A stretch of DNA of 64,000 nt from assembly GCA_963713045.1 (NCBI GenBank), contig CAVQKE010000004.1:1024001-1088000 (forward strand), read 5' to 3'. This stretch comes from an uncultured delta proteobacterium. GTDB lineage: Bacteria > Myxococcota > Myxococcia > Myxococcales > Myxococcaceae. The notes under the pieces were generated by a model. That model saw nothing but the letters and a program-made list of their open reading frames with translations. It made no database searches and had not been told where the DNA came from. Shown piece after piece: positions 60,875 through 64,000 of this stretch; the stretch's first letter is position 1; each line of letters begins with the position of its first letter. The position numbers were made by a program, and so were the translations under genes.

Positions 60875-61996
60875 GTGGGGCGGCACCGCCGAGCCAGATT
60901 CCCGAAGCCACCCCCCGCGGCGGACACCGGCCCCGGGTGCTGTTGGACTTGCGCATGGTGGAGGGCCACCTCCACGGCATTGCCCGCTACGCGCTGGCAC
61001 TGGCCGCGCGCCTTCCGGCGCTTCTACCGGAGGTGGAGGTGGTGGGCCTCGGCCCACCGGACGGGCTTCCGGAATTGGGCCCGACTCAGCCCACCCATTG
61101 CTGTCCGGCGCTGCGCGGCGCGCTTTCTCTCCGCGTTTGAACAGCCAGCGCTGGCCGCGGCCTTGGTGGCAGCCCGCGCCGACTGCTTTCACGCGACTTC
61201 TTTCTCGCTGCCGCTGCTGTGGCCCGGCCCGCTGGTGGCCACCCTCCACGACGCCACCCACCTCGTCCGGGCCAGCGACTATGGCCTGGCCACCGCCGCC
61301 TATTACTGGGCGGTGGTGGGGCCCCGGCTCCGCCGCGCGCGGGCCCGCCTTTCCATTTCGTCCTTTTCCCGAGCGGAGTTGGCCGAGCGCCTCGGCCTGG
61401 CCCCCAGTGCCATTGAGGTGGTGCCCCTGGGCGTGGACGAAGCCTTTCGTCCCCCGTCGCTAGACAGCTGCGCGCAGGCCCGCCAGGCGCTTGGACTGCC
61501 CAGCCGCTACCTGTTGGCGGTGGGCAATGAGAAGCCGCACAAGCGGCTCGGCTGGCTGGCCCAGCTGGCACCCCGGCTGCCGGCCCCCCTGGTGGTGCTG
61601 GCTGGGCCGGCGCTGGGGCAGCTCCGGCTGCCCGCGGAGGTGCTGGGCCTGGCGGACGTGGACGAGCGTCTGTTGCCGGCGCTGTATGGCGGCGCCGAGG
61701 CGCTCCTGCTGCCTTCGGTGCATGAGGGGTTTGGGCTGCCGGCCCTGGAGGCCATGGCCTGTGGGTGTCCGGTGGTGGCGGCGCGTGCCGGAGCCCTGCC
61801 GGAAGTGGTGGGCGACGCCGGGTTACTGCTGGAGCCAGAGGCGGAAGCGCTGTGGCTGCAGGCGGTGCAGCGTCTGGACGCCGAGCCCGCGTTGCGAGCC
61901 GCCTTGGTGGAGCGCGGCCTCGCCCACGCCAAGGCTTTCAGCTGGGACGCTTGCGCCCGCGCGACGGCCGACGTCTACCGGCGGGTGTTGGGCTGA
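60871..61996 (+). pseudogene. GT4 glycosyltransferase split by a 1-bp frameshift near 61084
   Basis: N-terminal LLDLRMV..HGIARY in one frame; TLHD, KPHK, EGFGLPALEAMACG in the next; removing A61084 joins them. Confidence 0.78.
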
Positions 61997-63256
61997 GGCA
62001 CTGCGGCCCGGGCCGGCGAGGCCCACCCCCCACACCAGCGCGAAGGTGAGGTGGACGCTTGAATGGAAGGGCAGGTAGTGCACCAGGGCCAGCGCTTGAA
62101 AGGCCCCCCAAGAGAGGAGGGCCCCGGCCGCAAGCCAGACGCCGGCGCGGGCCCTTTGCCACAGCGCGCGGGCCAGCAGTGCCTGCCAGGCCAGCCACAG
62201 CGCCACCCCAACCACCCCCGTTTCGGCCCACACCGTCAGCCAAAGCGTATGGGCGTCCCGGGCCAGTTGCTGAGGCAGGCCGGTGTCCGGCGAGCGGGCC
62301 AGCGCCGCGGCGTGGTAGTTGCCGAAGCCGACGCCCAGCACCGGGTGGCGCTGGACGATGTCCCAGCCGGCGGCACGGGCCACCGCCCGCTCGCCGTCCA
62401 AGACGTTTTTGCCCGCTTCGGTGAGGCGCAGTCGCCAGCCAGGCGCCAGGGCCACCGCCAACAACAGCAGCCCCACGCCCGCCAGGCCCGCGCGGCGGGT
62501 CCACCCCCGCGAAAGCCCCACCGCGGCCGCCGCACCCAGCAGGGCCACCGCCCCCAGCGCCGCCCGGGCGTAGGAGAGGTAGACGGCGACCGCGCACAGA
62601 AGGGCCATCCAAGCGCCCAGCCAGCGGCGGCGGGGGCTGACTGCCTGGACGGAGGCGGCCAGCGAGGGGCCGAGCAGGGCGACGGCCCCGTGGGCGAAGC
62701 GGAGCCGGTGGAAGAAGAAGCCTCCGGCGGCGAAGCGCGGCTGGGCCTCCGGGCCGAAGACTTCATGCACCCGGCCCACCGGCAGTCGCAACAGCCGGGG
62801 CAGCGGCACCTCCCAGCGAATGAGGTGCTGCACCAAGCCCAGCGCCACCGAGCCCGTCCAGCCAGCCACCACCGCCACCTCCACCACCGCCCAGCGCACC
62901 CCCACCCCCGCCGCCACCGCCAGTGCCGGAGCGGCCGCAGTGTCCAAGCACTGCAACCAACGCCCCACCGGGGGCCAGTCCGCGACGCCGGACAGATGCA
63001 CCAGCAGCGGGGAAAGGGCTTGGTAGAGGGCCAAGGCCGCCCCAGCGGCCAGCGGCGCGCGGAGCCCGTCCGCCAGTCGAGCCCGACGGGCGAGGAGAAG
63101 CCCCAGCGCCAGCAGGACGACGGCGTCGGCGGCCACCTGCATCAGCCCCTCCGAAGCCGCCGTGCCGAGCGCCCAGGCGGCCACCAGCCCAGTCACCGCT
63201 GTCGGCAAGCCTTGGGGCTGGACGGCGGACGGCGGCTGGGAGGCCAGAGAGTGCAC
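61823..63256 (-). CDS. Second O-antigen ligase (WaaL/Wzy_C) family protein
   Basis: HRLRFAH, SYARAA, HPVLGVGFG, DAHTLWL..AETG; start uncertain; 3' end overlaps the convergent GT4. Confidence 0.75.
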   Translation of the reverse strand: MHSLASQPPSAVQPQGLPTAVTGLVAAWALGTAASEGLMQVAADAVVLLALGLLLARRARLADGLRAPLAAGAALALYQALSPLLVHLSGVADWPPVGRWLQCLDTAAAPALAVAAGVGVRWAVVEVAVVAGWTGSVALGLVQHLIRWEVPLPRLLRLPVGRVHEVFGPEAQPRFAAGGFFFHRLRFAHGAVALLGPSLAASVQAVSPRRRWLGAWMALLCAVAVYLSYARAALGAVALLGAAAAVGLSRGWTRRAGLAGVGLLLLAVALAPGWRLRLTEAGKNVLDGERAVARAAGWDIVQRHPVLGVGFGNYHAAALARSPDTGLPQQLARDAHTLWLTVWAETGVVGVALWLAWQALLARALWQRARAGVWLAAGALLSWGAFQALALVHYLPFHSSVHLTFALVWGVGLAGPGRSASAQHPPVDVGRRAGASVPAESLGVGEAALHQGGSQRGLGVQTLHRLQPQRFRLWLQQ

Positions 63257-63264
63257 GGGGGGCG

Positions 63265-64000
63265 TCAGGCTGAGGCAACCAGCAGGCGGCGCAGCCGCGG
63301 CCGCGCGGTGGGCCAGCGCGCCAGCGCCACCGCCGTGACGCCGAGGAGCACCACCGGGGCCCAGGCGGCCACCGGCGGCGCGAGTCGCCCGCCCACCACC
63401 AGCCCGCGCGCCACCACCATCAACCCCCACAGCGCCAGGGTGACGAGAAGCCCCTGCATCAGCACGCCGGTAATTCCCTGCCTCCCGGCGCGGAGCGCGA
63501 GGGCCAGGGCGAGAAGCGCCGCCGGCACCGCCATCAACGGCACCGCCACCCGGTTGTGGAGCGCCAGCGCGTAGAGGCGGGCGGGGAGCCCCACCGTGCG
63601 GCGGGCCCGAATCTGCTCGGACAGCACGGCGGACGACATTTGTTCCGGCCGGCCCGGACGGATGCTGAGGTCCGAGCGCGCCACCCCCAGGTCGAAGACG
63701 CCGTCCGGCAGAGAGTGAATTCGGCTTCCCGACTGTCCTTGGAAGGTGCGAAGGGTGACGCCGGTGAGTTGCCAGAGGGTGCCGGAGCGGTAGGCCATGG
63801 TGTCCGCTTCAAGCCGTTCGCGGAGCGCGAAGGCCTCGTCCAGCGTCAGCACCGTGACGCCGCGGAAGCCCTCCTCGGCGCTGCCCTCCTGAAGGTGCAG
63901 AATGCGGTCGCCGCGACGAAACCACTGCTTGCGGCCGTAAAAGGAGCGCCAGTCCCCCCAGCGGTGGAAGCGCAAGGTGGTAATTTCATCCACCCGCCGG
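63265..64000 (-). CDS. LPS export permease LptF/LptG family, C-terminal part (5' end outside window)
   Basis: Beta-jellyroll region, PEQMS...L, ALHNRVAVP, G.LAPPVAAWAP. Confidence 0.8.
   Translation of the reverse strand, partial: RRVDEITTLRFHRWGDWRSFYGRKQWFRRGDRILHLQEGSAEEGFRGVTVLTLDEAFALRERLEADTMAYRSGTLWQLTGVTLRTFQGQSGSRIHSLPDGVFDLGVARSDLSIRPGRPEQMSSAVLSEQIRARRTVGLPARLYALALHNRVAVPLMAVPAALLALALALRAGRQGITGVLMQGLLVTLALWGLMVVARGLVVGGRLAPPVAAWAPVVLLGVTAVALARWPTARPRLRRLLVASA

Overview
High-GC chromosomal segment whose gene content points to a myxobacterium (Myxococcota). Indicators are a REC-DUF4388-J-TPR regulator, a Ser/Thr kinase, a short alternative sigma-70 factor and a wbaP/waaL/lptG LPS locus. 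About 60 CDS were found, mostly core metabolism: glnE (partial), ilvE, iscS-like, 6S RNA-ygfA-tyrS, rlmE, a fatty-acid/CoA catabolic cluster interrupted by mgtA, a folE-queD-SDR-FAD oxidase operon, class II RNR nrdJ, an arginine operon and an O-antigen/LPS cluster. Two accessory-looking blocks lie at about 31.7-38.9 kb and 51.6-56.9 kb. No rRNA, tRNA, CRISPR array, integrase or transposase was recognised. Most notable: (1) an ArgJ-ArgB fusion whose kinase half lacks both catalytic lysines but keeps the arginine-sensing elements; (2) a lipid-handling module (secreted RMDN-like TPR protein, FadD, SCP2, CoA-transferase, acyl-CoA dehydrogenase) in which two genes share an operator-like motif; (3) several pseudo-enzymes (Fic without His, alpha/beta hydrolase without Ser, J-domain with HLD); (4) nrdJ broken by about 9 clustered frameshifts, most likely sequencing artefacts; (5) tandem NrdR and ARG boxes. 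All assignments come from motif recognition by eye, not from database searches.
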